From NCBI RefSeq assembly GCF_006345805.1, contig NC_042998.1, positions 168,268,001-168,332,000 on the forward strand: DNA of 64,000 bases. The letters run 5' to 3'. The stretch comes from Octopus sinensis (Eukaryota). Of this stretch, positions 12,856 through 26,040 are shown in pieces. How positions within the stretch are numbered: the stretch's first letter is position 1; every line of letters begins with the position of its first letter. The position numbers and the translations under genes are program-made. The notes below the pieces were generated by a model. The model was not told where the DNA came from, did no database searches, and was given only the letters and a program-made list of their open reading frames with translations.

Positions 12856-13403
12856 GAGAGAGAGACAAACAGACAGACAGACAGGCAGAGACAGACACAT
12901 ACGTATGTATGTTTATGAATATATATTAGTGTATATGTCTACACATACACACACACATACACACAATATTATAGACCAAAAATATAGGCAGGTAAACAAC
13001 TGGTGTCTGGTTATATTTAGACGAATAGTAGTGAAAAACAAATGCTTTTAAGAGAATAAATAACTGGAAATAAGTAAAAGTTCTGCAATGGTATGATCAT
13101 AATACTTGCGATGTACACTAGTAGGCTCCAAGAGAAAGCAGAAAGTAAGTCCATAGTATTGATGACACAACTAGGTAGTTAGAAGAAAGCTATCTCAAGT
13201 AAAACTTTGTTATTGAAAGACAAGAAACAAACAGTATGTAGATTGATCCTTACAGTTGTTTTATTTTGAGCCTCTTCCTGTAGTCCATCTATTTATAATA
13301 CAACTGTTAGGCTCCTCCGATAGGGGAATTTTTACTGATCTCCTGTGGTATATATACATTTATATAGTTGCATTGGTATATATACATTTATATAGTTGCA
13401 TAG

Positions 13404-13727
13404 TGAAGGCGCGTGGCTCAGTGGTTAGAGCGTCGAGCTTACGATCGTGAGGTTGTGAGCTCGAATCCCGGACCGGGCTGCGTGTTGTGTTCTTGAGCAA
13501 GACACTTTATTTCACGTTGCTCCAGTTCACTCAGCTGTAGAAATGAGTTGCGACGTCACAGGTGTCAAGCTGTATCGGCCCTTGCCTTTCCCTTGGACAA
13601 CATCGGTGAAGTGGAGAGGGGAGGCCGGTATGCATGGGCGACTGCTGGTCTTCCATAAAACAACCTTGCCCAGATGGTAACTCTCTAGGTGCAAACCCAT
13701 GGTCAGTGTCTGACCGAAGGGGGTCTT
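13404..13727 (+). mobile_element. tRNA-derived SINE family D
   Basis: Head gaaggcgcgtggctcagtggttagagcg...gagctcgaatcccgg followed by ttcttgagcaagacacttt; second copy at 15971. Confidence 0.9.
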
Positions 13728-13773
13728 CAATAGTTGCATTTCCTTATATGCTGTTTAAATATAAATACGTCGT

Positions 13774-14113
13774 GTGGAGGTGCAATGGCCCAGTGGTTAG
13801 GGTAGCGGACTCACGGTCATAGGGTCGTGGTTTCGATTCCCAGACCGGGCGTTGTGAGTTTTTATTCAGTGAAAACACCTAAAGCTTTATGAGGTTCCGG
13901 TAAGAGTTGATGGTGGTGAACTCTGCTGTACTCTTTCACCATAACCTTCTATCACTCTTTCTTCCTGTTCCTCTTGTACCTGTATTTCAAAGGGCCAGCC
14001 TTGTCACAATCTGTGTCACGCTGAATCTCCCCCGAGAACTACGTTAAAGGTACACGTATCTGTGGAATGCTCTACCACTTGCACGTTAATTTCACGAGCA
14101 GGCTGTTCCGCTG
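13774..14113 (+). mobile_element. SINE family C
   Basis: Colinear with 3856-4201 and retains the segment deleted there. Confidence 0.9.
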
Positions 14114-14372
14114 ATAAATACGTCATAGACTCGATACCTGCTCTTTGTTTCATCTTTTACTCCATCACAAATACACCAGTTTGATAGGTACATTGCCTAT
14201 ACGGAAATCTTCATTTAGGCAGCTGCCATATCCGTGCATTTAAAGTTGGAGTTTAGGCACCAATTCGACCTGAACACTAATTGTATGCACCTGTCATTTG
14301 AGATCGCATTACTCACAACATATATATATATATATATATAATCAAAATAAGCAACAAAGATATCCAGAGGTA

Positions 14373-14460
14373 ATGCAGTACGATTGTTTCATGCGACTCC
14401 ATTTAATTGAACAATGCAAACATTACATCAATGTAAATGTAGAGCAATCTTCAGCTGCAC
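14373..14460 (-). ncRNA. Minimal type I hammerhead ribozyme motif, near-complete core
   Basis: Minus strand reads gugcag-CUGAAGA-uugc...gcau-GAAAC-aauc-GUA-cugcau. 6-bp stem I, GUA triplet; the only core-adjacent defect is a U.U pair at the base of stem II. Confidence 0.7.
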
Positions 14461-14585
14461 AAAAAAACATAGAATTTAATTAAATGTCTTAATTAAATGT
14501 TCTTTGTCAATCTCCTAATCTCCTTGGAGATTTTGAATAAAATTACACTAATGTGTCCTTCAAATTTAATAAAACTCTGTTTTTT

Positions 14586-14674
14586 GTGCAGCTGAAGATT
14601 GGTCTACATTTTAAATTGATGTAATGTTTGCATTGTTCAATCAAAAGGAGTCGCATGAAACGACCATACTGCAT
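14586..14674 (+). ncRNA. Degenerate hammerhead motif (mirror arm)
   Basis: gugcag-CUGAAGA-uugg...gcau-GAAAC-gacc-AUA-cugcau; G16.2 mutated to A. Confidence 0.55.
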
Positions 14675-14813
14675 TAACTCTGGATATACTTGTTGCTTAT
14701 TTTGATTATAATCACCTTATTTTAAATTGTATGGATAATACAAATTCTAATGCTTCAACTTAAGTACCATATTCATCTAAATCTAAATTTTTACTGAACT
14801 TATATATATACAT

Positions 14814-14890
<77 letters not shown>

Positions 14891-14962
14891 TTATATATGT
14901 ATGTATTTATGTATGTATGTATGTAATGTATGTATGTATGTATGTATGTATGTATGTATGTA

Positions 14963-15032
<70 letters not shown>

Positions 15033-15209
15033 CTACACACTGTTGAAGTAAAGGGACAGTGAAAGTGAGAGTTAAACTATTCTATAAAGATATGAACGTG
15101 TACTCTCTACTAATGGAATACACGAGCCACATCCGAGTTCTCGTTGTGGATATTTCTTAAATATCGATGATGCTCTTGAAAGAAAGCAGGAGCGTCATAA
15201 GAACTAGGT

Positions 15210-15408
15210 CAGTGCTTCTCGACCGGGGTCCATGTGGCACTTAAGGGTCCGTATAAGATTTTGTTATTAAAATTTATGTGTAATAAATTGATTACATTTC
15301 TACAATACCCCCAAAATTTGAACAAAACATCGAATGGCTATAAGGGTCCATCCGAGTAAAATAGGGATCAAAGAGGTTCATAAGCAAAAAAATGATTGAG
15401 AAGCACTG
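15210..15408. mobile_element. hAT (Charlie-like) MITE
   Basis: TIRs cagtgcttctc / gagaagcactg; 8-bp flanks aactaggt and atctagat (6/8 match, central CTAG). Confidence 0.8.
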
Positions 15409-15970
15409 ATCTAGATAAAATCTCAGAAGAGGAAAAGAAAGCCCTCAAGCGCCAAACAACCTGCGCCAAAACATCTTAATTAAAGGGGTTGTTTTCCCAA
15501 ACATTTTTTTGTACATAATTGTGTCTAATTTAAGTACAAGACCAACGATTTTGGTCAGTGAGAGTGAGTCAACTACATGAATCCCCGGACTTGATAGAAC
15601 AGTTTATTTATTTACACAAGAAGGATAAAGTGCAAAATTAACATCAGTAAGATTTGAACTCAGAAAGTAGAAAAGCCGTAAGAAATACCACAACGATTCT
15701 GCCACTCCACAATTCCATGTTCGGAAACACTTAAATCTGATACATTCCAACTGTGACCATTCTTATTCAGACTTTCTACATTAATGACAACATTATGCTT
15801 TGAGGCTTGCTTTAAATCAGTTTTGACTGCGATTTCTAGCAGACAGAGTGACGGTCGTAGAGGATTCCTCCTGAGTGGCCTTATTAATGATATGATCATG
15901 GTAGCGATGGTGTTGCATGACAATATTGATAATGTTGACGTTGATATTTATACAGATACTAATATAATGT

Positions 15971-16304
15971 GAAGGCGCATGGCTCAGTGGTTAGAGCGTC
16001 GAGCTTACGATCGTGAAGTTGTGAGTTCGAAACCCGGACCGGGCTGCGTGTTGTCTTCTTGAGCAAGACACTTTATTTCACGTTACTCCAGTTCACTCAG
16101 CTGTAGAAATGAGTTGCGACGTCACAGGTGCCAAGCTGTATCGGCCTTTGCTCTTCCCTTGGATAACACTGGTGACGTGGAGAGGGGAGGCCGGTATGCA
16201 TGGGCGACTGCTGGTCTTCCATAAACAACCTTGCCCGGACTTGTGCCTGGGAGGTTAACTTTCTAGGTGCAATCCCATGGTCAGTCATGACCGAAGGAGG
16301 TCTC
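15971..16304 (+). mobile_element. SINE family D
   Basis: Colinear with 13404-13727. Confidence 0.9.
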
Positions 16305-16364
16305 AGCAGCAGCTCAACTAATATATTGTTACGTGCTTGTGTCACTTCAATCAAATACGGTGGA

Positions 16365-16819
16365 CGAGTTGGCAGAATTGTTACAGCGCCGGGGAAAATG
16401 CTTAGGGACATTTCGTCCGTTTTTACTTTCAAGAGTCAATGTGATCGACTTACCTCCCCCCTCAAACTTGATGGTCTTGTGCCAAAATCTGAAACCAATA
16501 TTCAATGAAAAAAAAAAAAAGACGGTGAGCCGACAGAATCGTAAGCCTACTAAGCAACACGCTTAGTGGCATTTCGTCCCTATTCTTTTCTTTTCTTCTT
16601 TTACTTGCTTCAGTCATTTGACTGTGGCCGTGTTGGAGCACCGCCTTTGGTCGAGCAAATCGACCCCAGGAATTATTCTTTGTATGCTTAGTACTTATTC
16701 TATCGGTCTCATTTGCCGAACCACTAAGTTACGCGGACGTAAACACACCAGCACCGGTTGTCAAGCGATATTGGGGGGGACAAACACAGACACACAAACA
16801 TATACACACACATACATAT

Positions 16820-16850
<31 letters not shown>

Positions 16851-17200
16851 ATATATATATATACATACATACGACGGGTTTCTTTCAGTTTCCGTCTACC
16901 AAGTCCACTCACAAGGCTTTGGTCGGCCCAAGGCTATAGTAGAAGACACTTGTCCAAGGTACCACGCAATAGGACTGAACCCAGAACTATGTGGTTCGTA
17001 AGCAAGCTACTTACCACACAGCCACTCCTACTCCCTCTTTACGTTCTGAGTTCAAATTCCGCCGAGGACGTCTTTACCCTTCATCATTTCGCGGTCGATA
17101 AAATAAGTATCAGTTGAGTACTGGGGTGGGAGTCGATGTAATCGACTTACCTCCTCTCCCGAAGTTACTGTACTTGTGCCAAAATTTGAAACCAATTTTC
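16365..17200. mobile_element. SINE cluster: family A fragments (+, about 16365-16505 and 17035-17200) and full family B copy (-, 16585-17029)
   Basis: Matches to the family heads, cores and tails seen elsewhere in the window. Confidence 0.8.
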
Positions 17201-17678
17201 AACGAAGAAAATCATTATACAGCCCAGTGCCGGATTAGCATGGTATTCACTTTCGGCTAAAATTTATGCCAGCCTCAACATCCTACTGCAGTTGATGATT
17301 AAATAAACACCCGCAATATATTAATGATATATTATATGCAGTCGTCTACACCCTTATCGCACAAAAACTGACTCTAAGCTAATCTCATTCTCTTTTAATG
17401 TACTCTACCAGACTGTAATCTTCCTTTTAATTCTTCAATATTACCATCTACTTGTATGATATGCTTGTTTGTCCGTGCACGTGTTGGCCTTTGCAATATA
17501 GATTCTTCATAAATAGCTTTGCACTTAGGTTTGGAATTCAAAAAGATATTTTGATATCAAATAAAATCATAAACGGTTCTGATTTATGTAGAAACTCGCA
17601 AACATCAACATATTTTTTCCGCACGCACACTCGCATACACACAGACACGCACGCACACAAACATATTATGCATACACA

Positions 17679-17741
<63 letters not shown>

Positions 17742-17972
17742 ACGAAAATGAAATTATGCCAACGATAGTAAGATGCTGTTAATGTTCTGATGAGAAAAAA
17801 AACTGCCGATGGAAGTTAAGTCAATAAGTGCAAACTCTACCCAAATTCCCAACGTCGCCTCAATAGCTTCCGGTTGTGATTAATATATCTAAAAACAAAC
17901 ATGTTGATTTTGGAAAGCCATAGTTAGGCTACTACGTCTTATATTAATAATAATAACAATAGTAACGTCGAA

Positions 17973-18091
17973 GACGACAAAAGCGTTGACAAAGATTATA
18001 ACAAATTACACAAAAAGCGTTAGTTGCAATGGACGTCAAAAACGTTGACAAAGATTATAACAAATTACACAAAAGGCGCTAGTAGCAATGG
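17973..18091. repeat. 59-bp tandem duplication
   Basis: gacgacaaaagcgttgacaaagattataacaaattacacaaaaagcgttagttgcaatg occurs twice. Confidence 0.92.
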
Positions 18092-18515
18092 CAAATGAAA
18101 CTGAGACAATAGCAACGATACTAAACCACACGGGAGATGACAGTAATAACAACAACCGTAATGATAATGATGTTTGGCTCACACATCACGATGATGTTAT
18201 TTAAACAAATTAGCAAAGTACGACCGATTTCGGAGAACAGTGGACAAAACGATTTGGACTTGCGGGATTTTATTTGAGCCTGTTTAAGTTAAAAATCATG
18301 GCGTGGTAGAATTTGGTCGTTTACCTACCTAGGATCAATAAAATAAGTACGGATCATCTAGTGTGGGTGATTAAATCCTTTAACGGTACTCTCCACCGTT
18401 CAAAAGGAAATAATAGTTATTACTAGATTTACTACCCAGCATTGCCCGGTAAAGTGTTTCACGGAATTGTTTGCCATTTTGTAGAATGGGAAATCACGGT
18501 ATTTATGCATGTATA

Positions 18516-18719
18516 CAGTGGCGGGAAATAAATATTCACCCCTAAATATTTATAATTGTATATAAATTCCTTGGATACTATAATTTATTAGTTTCTTTTG
18601 CATATTCTTAGTTTATGAATGTGTATACAAATATAGTATTGGTATATCCCATTTATGTTCATTAGAAATTAAATAGATAAAGCATTTTGACATGTACGAA
18701 TATTTATTTCCTCCCACTG
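18516..18719. mobile_element. Tc1/mariner-type MITE
   Basis: TA|cagtggcgggaaataaatattc ... gaatatttatttcctcccactg|TA; 22-bp TIR with 2 mismatches. Confidence 0.88.
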
Positions 18720-19799
18720 TATATATTTGACCTAACTTCTGGACTTATTTAATTGGAACTATTCAAACAAGAGTAGCCAATTTACATCAGTAGAAGCTTT
18801 TTCTAACAATTTTTTTCCTGAAAATCATCTCTTACTTTTGTTTTAAAGTGAAAGAGAGGAAAAAGTGAAAGATGCATGAACGTGTATATTAAATGGACGT
18901 GCGTGCATGTGAGAGAGAGAGAAGGGGTGAGAAAAAGTAAGAACTCAAACACACTCATTCACACGCTCTTGCTCTCTCTCTCACACACACATGCACACGT
19001 ACGCATATGTATTGATGTATGTACGTATACATTACAACACACCTTTTCACTCACTCTCTCTCTTCCCCCCTCTCTCTCTCTCTCTCTCTCGCGCGCGCTC
19101 TCTCTCTTTCTCTCTCTTTCACACACACGTCCATTTCATATACACGTACATACATGTTTCACTCCTTCTCTCTTTCACTTTAAAACAAAAGTAAATGAAT
19201 AAAAAATTTTTTACGGAAATTAAAGAACTCCGGATGATAAAATCACATTCAGTTAAAAATATTTCTAAATGATTAAAATAGTGTGTACGTCAAAAAGTTG
19301 ACGGTTTCTTTTTTCTTAGAGAGCGCGAAGACTATGTGTGTGTGTATGCCACATATAGTGGGCGTGTGTTTTTGTTGATTGACACGCCATGACATTCATT
19401 ATATGTGTGTTTATTCTGTATGTGTGTATGAGTTGACGCCATGGAAGCTATGTATTTTTTGTCAAGAAATAACAAAAATTGTGTTTAATCGTAAATAGAG
19501 GTCCAGATGTCACACAAATTTGTACTGCAATGCCGAATATAAATATGAATATAAATATTTTTAAAAATTAAGATGAAATATACTATTTCTGAGATATTTC
19601 AGTTACACACAAAACATCCCTAGAGTTTTAGTATTATCAAGATGTCTGCCTAGTTTGAGGATGGTAATCATCAGCGTTGTATGATAGCTTTTTCATCTCA
19701 TATATGTTTTCAATGTCTCATCTTAAATCTCACACACACACACACGCGCGCGCGCGCACACACACATATATATATTGAAATTCCCACTGTACATTCATT

Positions 19800-20620
19800 T
19801 CAAATGTTAGGAGATCATTCTCAAGATTTAGTCTAAAGGCATACTTGCATTCTGCTTCGTTTTTTTTTTCTGTCTTGAATGTACATCTGATACATACGAC
19901 TTTATATATTTGAATTTGATTTTCTATATTTTCAAAGCCTTCTTTTTTGTCCTCTTGGCGACCAATGGAATCTATTAAGTTAGATATCATGCACGAGGTC
20001 ATGGTGTAAACCTATCCCAAGTGTGTAATTTCAAATACAATCATTAGTAGATGTAATTAGGAACAAAAATATCTAGGGTTTTTTCGCGATGGGGAGCCTT
20101 CCATAAGGATGAATAATGATTAAAATAACTCTGATCCTCTTAGTTTAATGAAAAGTTTTAAAATTAAAAGCCTTCTTGAGAATGATTGATCACCATATTC
20201 TAGGCTGAACAATCATATTTTTACACTATTTTTTTAGTTCTGACTTCTTTCCAGATTACATGCTCACACAAAAGATTCAGTACGTCTCAGAAAATTCGGT
20301 AGTTTCGTATTCCAGACGAGTATGGTTTCAAAAAAAGCAAGAAAAAATATTACTGCATTTTTGAAATCACAATACATTTCATAATTTTCTTGGCTTCTTA
20401 AATGAAATACATAAACGCAAATAATGAAGAAACCAGTGACTTCTCCTTTCCATAGAACCATCCACTCTCTTAATTTCATCTGCAATAAAATCTCTCATAT
20501 ATCGCAACCAGATAGTGAAGGTGATGCATTATTATATCCCACTTCTCAGAGCCAATACTTTGGGCATGGGCTCTGAAATTCCATTATATCATCTTGACTC
20601 AACAGTGTGGTTTCTCACAG
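19800..20620 (-). pseudogene. Possible decayed Penelope-like GIY-YIG endonuclease region
   Basis: Minus-strand fragments PCEKPHC and KLREWMVL echo the Cys-rich and LRERM motifs of PLE endonucleases; many stops and frameshifts. Confidence 0.3.
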
Positions 20621-21049
20621 GGAAAATGCATGCGTTCTTTAGTTAAAATTGTTATATATAAAAGCAAAAATGTTTCTGACTCCAAGCCAGAATCTCGTTT
20701 CCGTTGTCAATCAGTTAAGGTCAAGGTAAACTGAATGGGAATTGTCGTTTTCTCAAAACTTTAATGTTTTACCCAATCTATGACAATGGCGAACAGCATT
20801 TGACTAAGTGACGACTGCACTGTCCATCAAGGGCTGCAGTTTATTACTTTTATTGTGCTTAGATGTCAAACCGATGTCAAAATAACTTTAATGACTAAGA
20901 GAAAAAACAAAAGAAGATGAAAACTCATTAACAAAATCCAGCCCGCAGGTATTCTTTGGTGAATTTGAATTTTCTATGTAAAGCATCTTCTCACTCTGAA
21001 AGGAGAAATAAGCGCAAAAGAAAACAAGAAATTGAGGACTGAAATATTG

Positions 21050-21240
21050 ATTTCAAATTTGGGGGTGGTGAGTCGATTACATCGGCCAGAGTGCTCAACT
21101 AATACTTATTTCATCGACCCAGAAAGTGTGAAAGGCAAAGTTGACCTACGCGGAATTTGAACTCAGAATATAAAGACAGATGAAATATTGCTAAGCATTT
21201 TGTCCGGCGTGCTAACGATTCTGCCAGCTCCCCGCCTTAT
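21050..21240 (-). mobile_element. SINE family A
   Basis: aaaggcaaagttgacctacgcggaatttgaactc...ctgccagctccccgcc. Confidence 0.85.
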
Positions 21241-21829
21241 ACCGGGCTGAAATATTGTGTTGTATTGTGGTGATGACAATCTTTCTAGTTGAGAGATGTT
21301 TTACTCTTAGGAGTGAAGAAAAGATCATAAAATCCAAGCACAATAGGATATTAGGAATTTTCTTTTATCTTTTTGTATTATATACATACATATATATAAT
21401 AATATAAATAATACATACATATATATATATGAATACGTATATGTACATACTTACATCTATACGTATATATATATATAAATGCACGAAGGGTGTCCACACA
21501 GTTTCATCCTCATCCTAACAAATTCACTCACAAGACATTAGTCGGCCGGAACTATAGTAGAAGACACTTGCCCAAGGTGCTGCGTAGCGGGACAAACCTG
21601 AAAGCACGTATTTGCAAAGCGACCATCTTAACTAGAGAGCCTAATTGCACAATTTGGTGCATTTTTGAATGGCCACCTTTAAAAAATTTGCTGTTTTAGA
21701 AGTGGTAAGCAATCATACTTATCACTAACTGTTATAAGAAGTGTTATTGTTGTTTAGGATTATACTGTGACAGAACCTAAAACTTCCAAATATTTCTCAG
21801 CGTCAAACCAGACTTATACAAACTATCTC

Positions 21830-22210
21830 ACAGTTTTTGTATGTTATATTATTTTTGTGAAACTGACAAAAAGGTTTTTTACTTTTTACAGAAAAGCTCT
21901 AACAAGGCTGAAATACTGGCTACGGATCTACTAGAATTTCAAGATGAAGATAAATTTGAAGACAGCAGAGGACAAATTCTACGACACTATACCCAACCTC
22001 TGTATAAGAATGCAATCCAAACTTGATAAGAACCCAAAAGCAGTTTTTATGACTTGCGCTGCTCGCTCGTTGATTGTTTTTTTTTTTTTTATTAAACAGG
22101 CGGTTGTCAATTGCTGTGCTAAAGCTATTAGTTATTTTGGCGTCATACAATGATTATACACACATTTTTAGTGTTTTGTGTCAGCACACCGATGGGAAAA
22201 TTTAATGAAG
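21830..22210 (+). pseudogene. hAT (Tip100/ZMYM1-like) transposase relic
   Basis: Across one frameshift it reads ...DSRGQ/YDTIPN...KNPKAVFMTCAARSL..., then YFGVIQ*LY...RW, matching the hAT CRGQxYD...AxFxxCxAHSLNL...FFGxxQxLY...RW motifs. Confidence 0.7.
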
Positions 22211-24069
22211 TCTAAGGAAAGAAATAAAAGACTATTAACTTTGAAGTCCCTGTTAGACACTAGTCTGGTCGGTATAAGATGGTGCTACTGAAACCTTTGT
22301 AGTTGGAGAGAGCCTCATTCAAAGTGCCCTCGGAGATATTGAATTTCGTGAAGTAGAATATAAACTTCAGACACTGGTAGAGAAAAGGGGCCGTCTTAAG
22401 ACTGCTCTACCGATGAAAATCAGAAACTTATTGTTAGTATGATCTAACAGTACAAATCGACTTTTCAGTGAATTGAAGTTAATCTGAAGAAAGTATGGAA
22501 GCCAACTGATTCTGTGAAAAGGTTTCTGAAATTACATCAGGTTAGGTATGAAGTGTTGGGACTAGCTGTCAGAAACTTTTGTGGTAATACAGAGGACAGA
22601 GTAATTATATACAGATCAAAAGTATGAAATCACCATTAAATAACACCATAATATTTTTTAAAAAGAACACACTGAATAAAATGATAGGAAAAAAGACAGA
22701 TAGGGCATGGTTGGAATTGTGTTGACCTGGGGTTAAGCACACAGCACATAACATACATATATACAAACATGCATACATACATATATACATACATAAATAC
22801 ATACATATATACATACATACGTGTATACATGTTGTTTTATTATTACCCACTAGGGGCTACATAGATGGGACAATACAATCGGGAAAATGAATAATGAATT
22901 ATGAAGTTTGTACAATGTGGTGCAATGCCCACTCGATCCCCGAAATCGAGCGGTTACATTTCGTCATTTATTTTTATTCGTCAACAATATTTTCAAATAA
23001 AACATTTTATACATTTTCAACATACATTTCAAAAAGTTTTACAAAGTTCAACATTTCTTTTTTTTTTTTTCCGAATTTAAAGTTCTTTTATCATATACGT
23101 GTATACATGTATGCATGTATGTATGTACGCACGTATATATGTATGCATGTATAATAAAATATGATGGGACATGCGTACCCTTAATTAAATACACTGTAGA
23201 AAGGCAGCAGTATCAGCAACACCGTTTTTCTTTAATATTAATGTCCTTTTTCTTTTAAAATATATAGACTCATTAAATCAAAGACGTTAATGCGAATTGA
23301 ACACTAACTGCTAATTTTCGAATCGCATGACAACGGCAATGCTGGCTGTTTTCTAAAGATGGATGAATAGGTAGAGATGATGGAGCAGGTGGATTTACTG
23401 GAAAAGATGGAACATGAGATAAGGAGATTTCTCCTTTCTAACATATGCTCATGTTATTATTTTTAGAAGAGAAAAATAATTAAATACAAGAAGCAAAAGA
23501 ATATAAAGTTTGAGCAAGAGTGAAGAGCTTGTCAAGAAGCATCTGTTGACTGCTTAAGAGTATGTGAGAGAGAATAGGGCAAGAAGCATCTACGGGTGAC
23601 TATGATTGGTGAGTGTGTAAATGGATATTTGACTATGTCTTAAAAACACGCAAGTGATAAGGAACAGCATCTATAATTGTTATTGTAAGGAAAGAAATAA
23701 CAAAGAAAAACGAAAACAATACATTTTCATATAGATACGTATGTGCGTGTGTGAATGTATGTAATTATTTCTACAGAAATTATAGCCAGCAATGATTTTT
23801 TTGCTATAACGTTTCGTATCGAAACGTCAGATATAAACAAACAATGAGATCGCAGACAAAAATAGGTGTATATGCCATATTTCATGGAGTTTTGCACCTT
23901 CATCTGCACCCATCTAACCCACTCTTGTCTCCAAATGTATTGCTTATTTAACCACCGCATACAGCGGTGTTAAGTTATTGGATATACCAGTTTGCGTTAA
24001 TGACATGCAGGCACTTGGTATTTCGTTACGCAACCGTTATATACTATAAAGTATATTAAATGTTCTTAT

Positions 24070-24370
24070 GCGCAGGAGTGGCTGTGTGGTAAGAAGCTTG
24101 CTTACCAGCCACATGGTTCCGGGTTCAGTCCTACTGCGTGGCACTTTGAGCAAGTGTCTTCTACTATAGCCTCGGGCCGACCAAAGCTTTGTGAGTGGAT
24201 TTGGTAGACGGAAACTGAACGAAGCCTGCCGTATATATGTATATATATTCTATCGGTCTCTTTTGCCGAACCGCTAAGTTACGCGGGCGTAAACACACCA
24301 GCACCGGTTGTCAAGCCATGTTGGGGGTACAAACACAAACACACAAACATACACACACACACACACACAC

Positions 24371-24411
<41 letters not shown>

Positions 24412-24613
24412 TCTGTTTGTACCCCCAACATGGCTTGACAACCGGCGCTGGTGTGTTTACGCCCGCGTAACTTAGCGGTTCGGCAAAAGAGACCGATAGA
24501 ATAAGTACTAGGCTTACAAAGAATAAGACCTGGGGTCGATTTGCTCGATTAAATGCGGTGCTCCAGCATGGCCACAGTCACATGACTGAAACAAGTAAAA
24601 AAGTAAAAGAGTA
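24070..24613 (+). mobile_element. SINE family B with an internal inverted duplication
   Basis: Head at 24070 and tail at 24600; 24246-24344 is the reverse complement of 24403-24502. Confidence 0.9.
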
Positions 24614-25537
24614 CGTATGTGTGTGTAAGTATGTAATTATGTATGTGTATATGCATGTATGTATGTGCGTGTATGTATGTATATATGTATGTACGCTAGA
24701 ATAAAAGTAAAAGTGTGTGGGCATGGCTACGTGGTTATGATGTTCACTTCGTAACCACATACTTACAGGTTCAGTCCTACTATACGACTGCTTGGACCGA
24801 GCAATGCTTGTGGGTGATTTTGTTTGAAGAAAATTGCGGGTAAGCCCTTCGTGTTTATACAGATATGCGTGCATATGTGTTTGTGTGTGCGCATGCGTCT
24901 TTGTGCTTGTCACCCCCTCCCTCACACAGCTGATTGACAGCAGGTGTTGGCTTATTTACATCCTCGTTACCTTGTGGCCTTACAAAAATAACCGAGTGAT
25001 TAAGTAATAGGGACGATTCGTTCAACTAACCCTCAAAAGGTAGCGCTCCACCATAGCTAAAGTTCAATGCTTGAAATTAGGAAAATGTAGAAGAATATAA
25101 ATAACTTTCAATCTAAGTACAGAAGGATGTTTTAATATTTTACATAGAACCCAGGGACTCACCAGTAAACCTTGAAAACTTGGAAAAAAAAAAGGAAAAC
25201 AAAATGTTTATTCCACCAATCATGTTGTCGACCCTGCCATATACAGTTTCATGCGGTATTAAATTTAACGCGCGTCTTCAAACAGTCGCTTGATGCAACA
25301 GATGGCAGAGATAGGACGGAGTCGATAAAGAAATTTGGAAGAAAGAAAGTGTTGGGGGCCTGACAGCATAAAAGTATTTGATAACAATCGTACATCTTAG
25401 AAAGAAGTCAGTGGCATTTCCCGAGCGTTTTTTTGTTTGGGAGGTGGTGGGGTTTATTAAAATTGGGAAAATATAAAGGAGAAATAAACACAAAGAGAAA
25501 TAAAGATTTTAAACGAGGAAACAAAGAAAATACAAAG

Positions 25538-25618
25538 AAGGAAGGAAGGAAGTAAAGAAAGAAAGAAAGAAAGAAAGAAAGACAGAAGAAAGAAAGAAAG
25601 AAAGAAGAAAGAAGAGAG

Positions 25619-25653
<35 letters not shown>

Positions 25654-25718
25654 AGAGAGAGAAAGAAAGAAAGAAAGAAAAAAGAAAGAAAGAAAGAAAA
25701 AAGAAAGAGAGAAAGAAA

Positions 25719-25784
<66 letters not shown>

Positions 25785-25785
25785 G
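25538..25785. repeat. (GAAA)n microsatellite
   Basis: Direct reading. Confidence 0.95.
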
Positions 25786-26040
25786 CTTTTGAGAATTAAA
25801 TTACAACACTAAGCATGTAATAACTTAAGAGGGATTTGAAAATATAAATAAATAAAGGGATCGGATGATCACTGTATAAAGCCTGCCAGACAGGGCAGCC
25901 GACAAGCAGCCGTCAAGCAAGTCAGCCTGCAGGTAGACAGAAAGGGAGTGGTGAAAAAAACAAGAAAAAAGAACGGAAAACATAAATAAAATAAAAGACA
26001 TTTTAACGTCATTCACCATCACAGGCAGTTTGAAAGCTTA

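Larger units (their letters stand above)
14337..14710. repeat. Foldback element (about 140-bp arms, about 90-nt spacer)
   Basis: tataatcaaaataagcaacaa...tcttcagctgcacaaaaaaac is mirrored by gtttttttgtgcagctgaaga...ttgttgcttattttgattata. Confidence 0.95.

Noticed and set aside
13404-13480. tRNA-like sequences here and at 3860, 15971 and other SINE heads
   Set aside because: They have A and B boxes but no complete cloverleaf or acceptor stem, and each continues into a multi-copy SINE body.
17973-18091. Short tandem units (59 bp here, 19 bp x3 at about 32925-32980, 34 bp x2 at about 5341) as CRISPR-like arrays
   Set aside because: There are no unique spacers and no cas genes, and the context is eukaryotic; these are ordinary tandem duplications.
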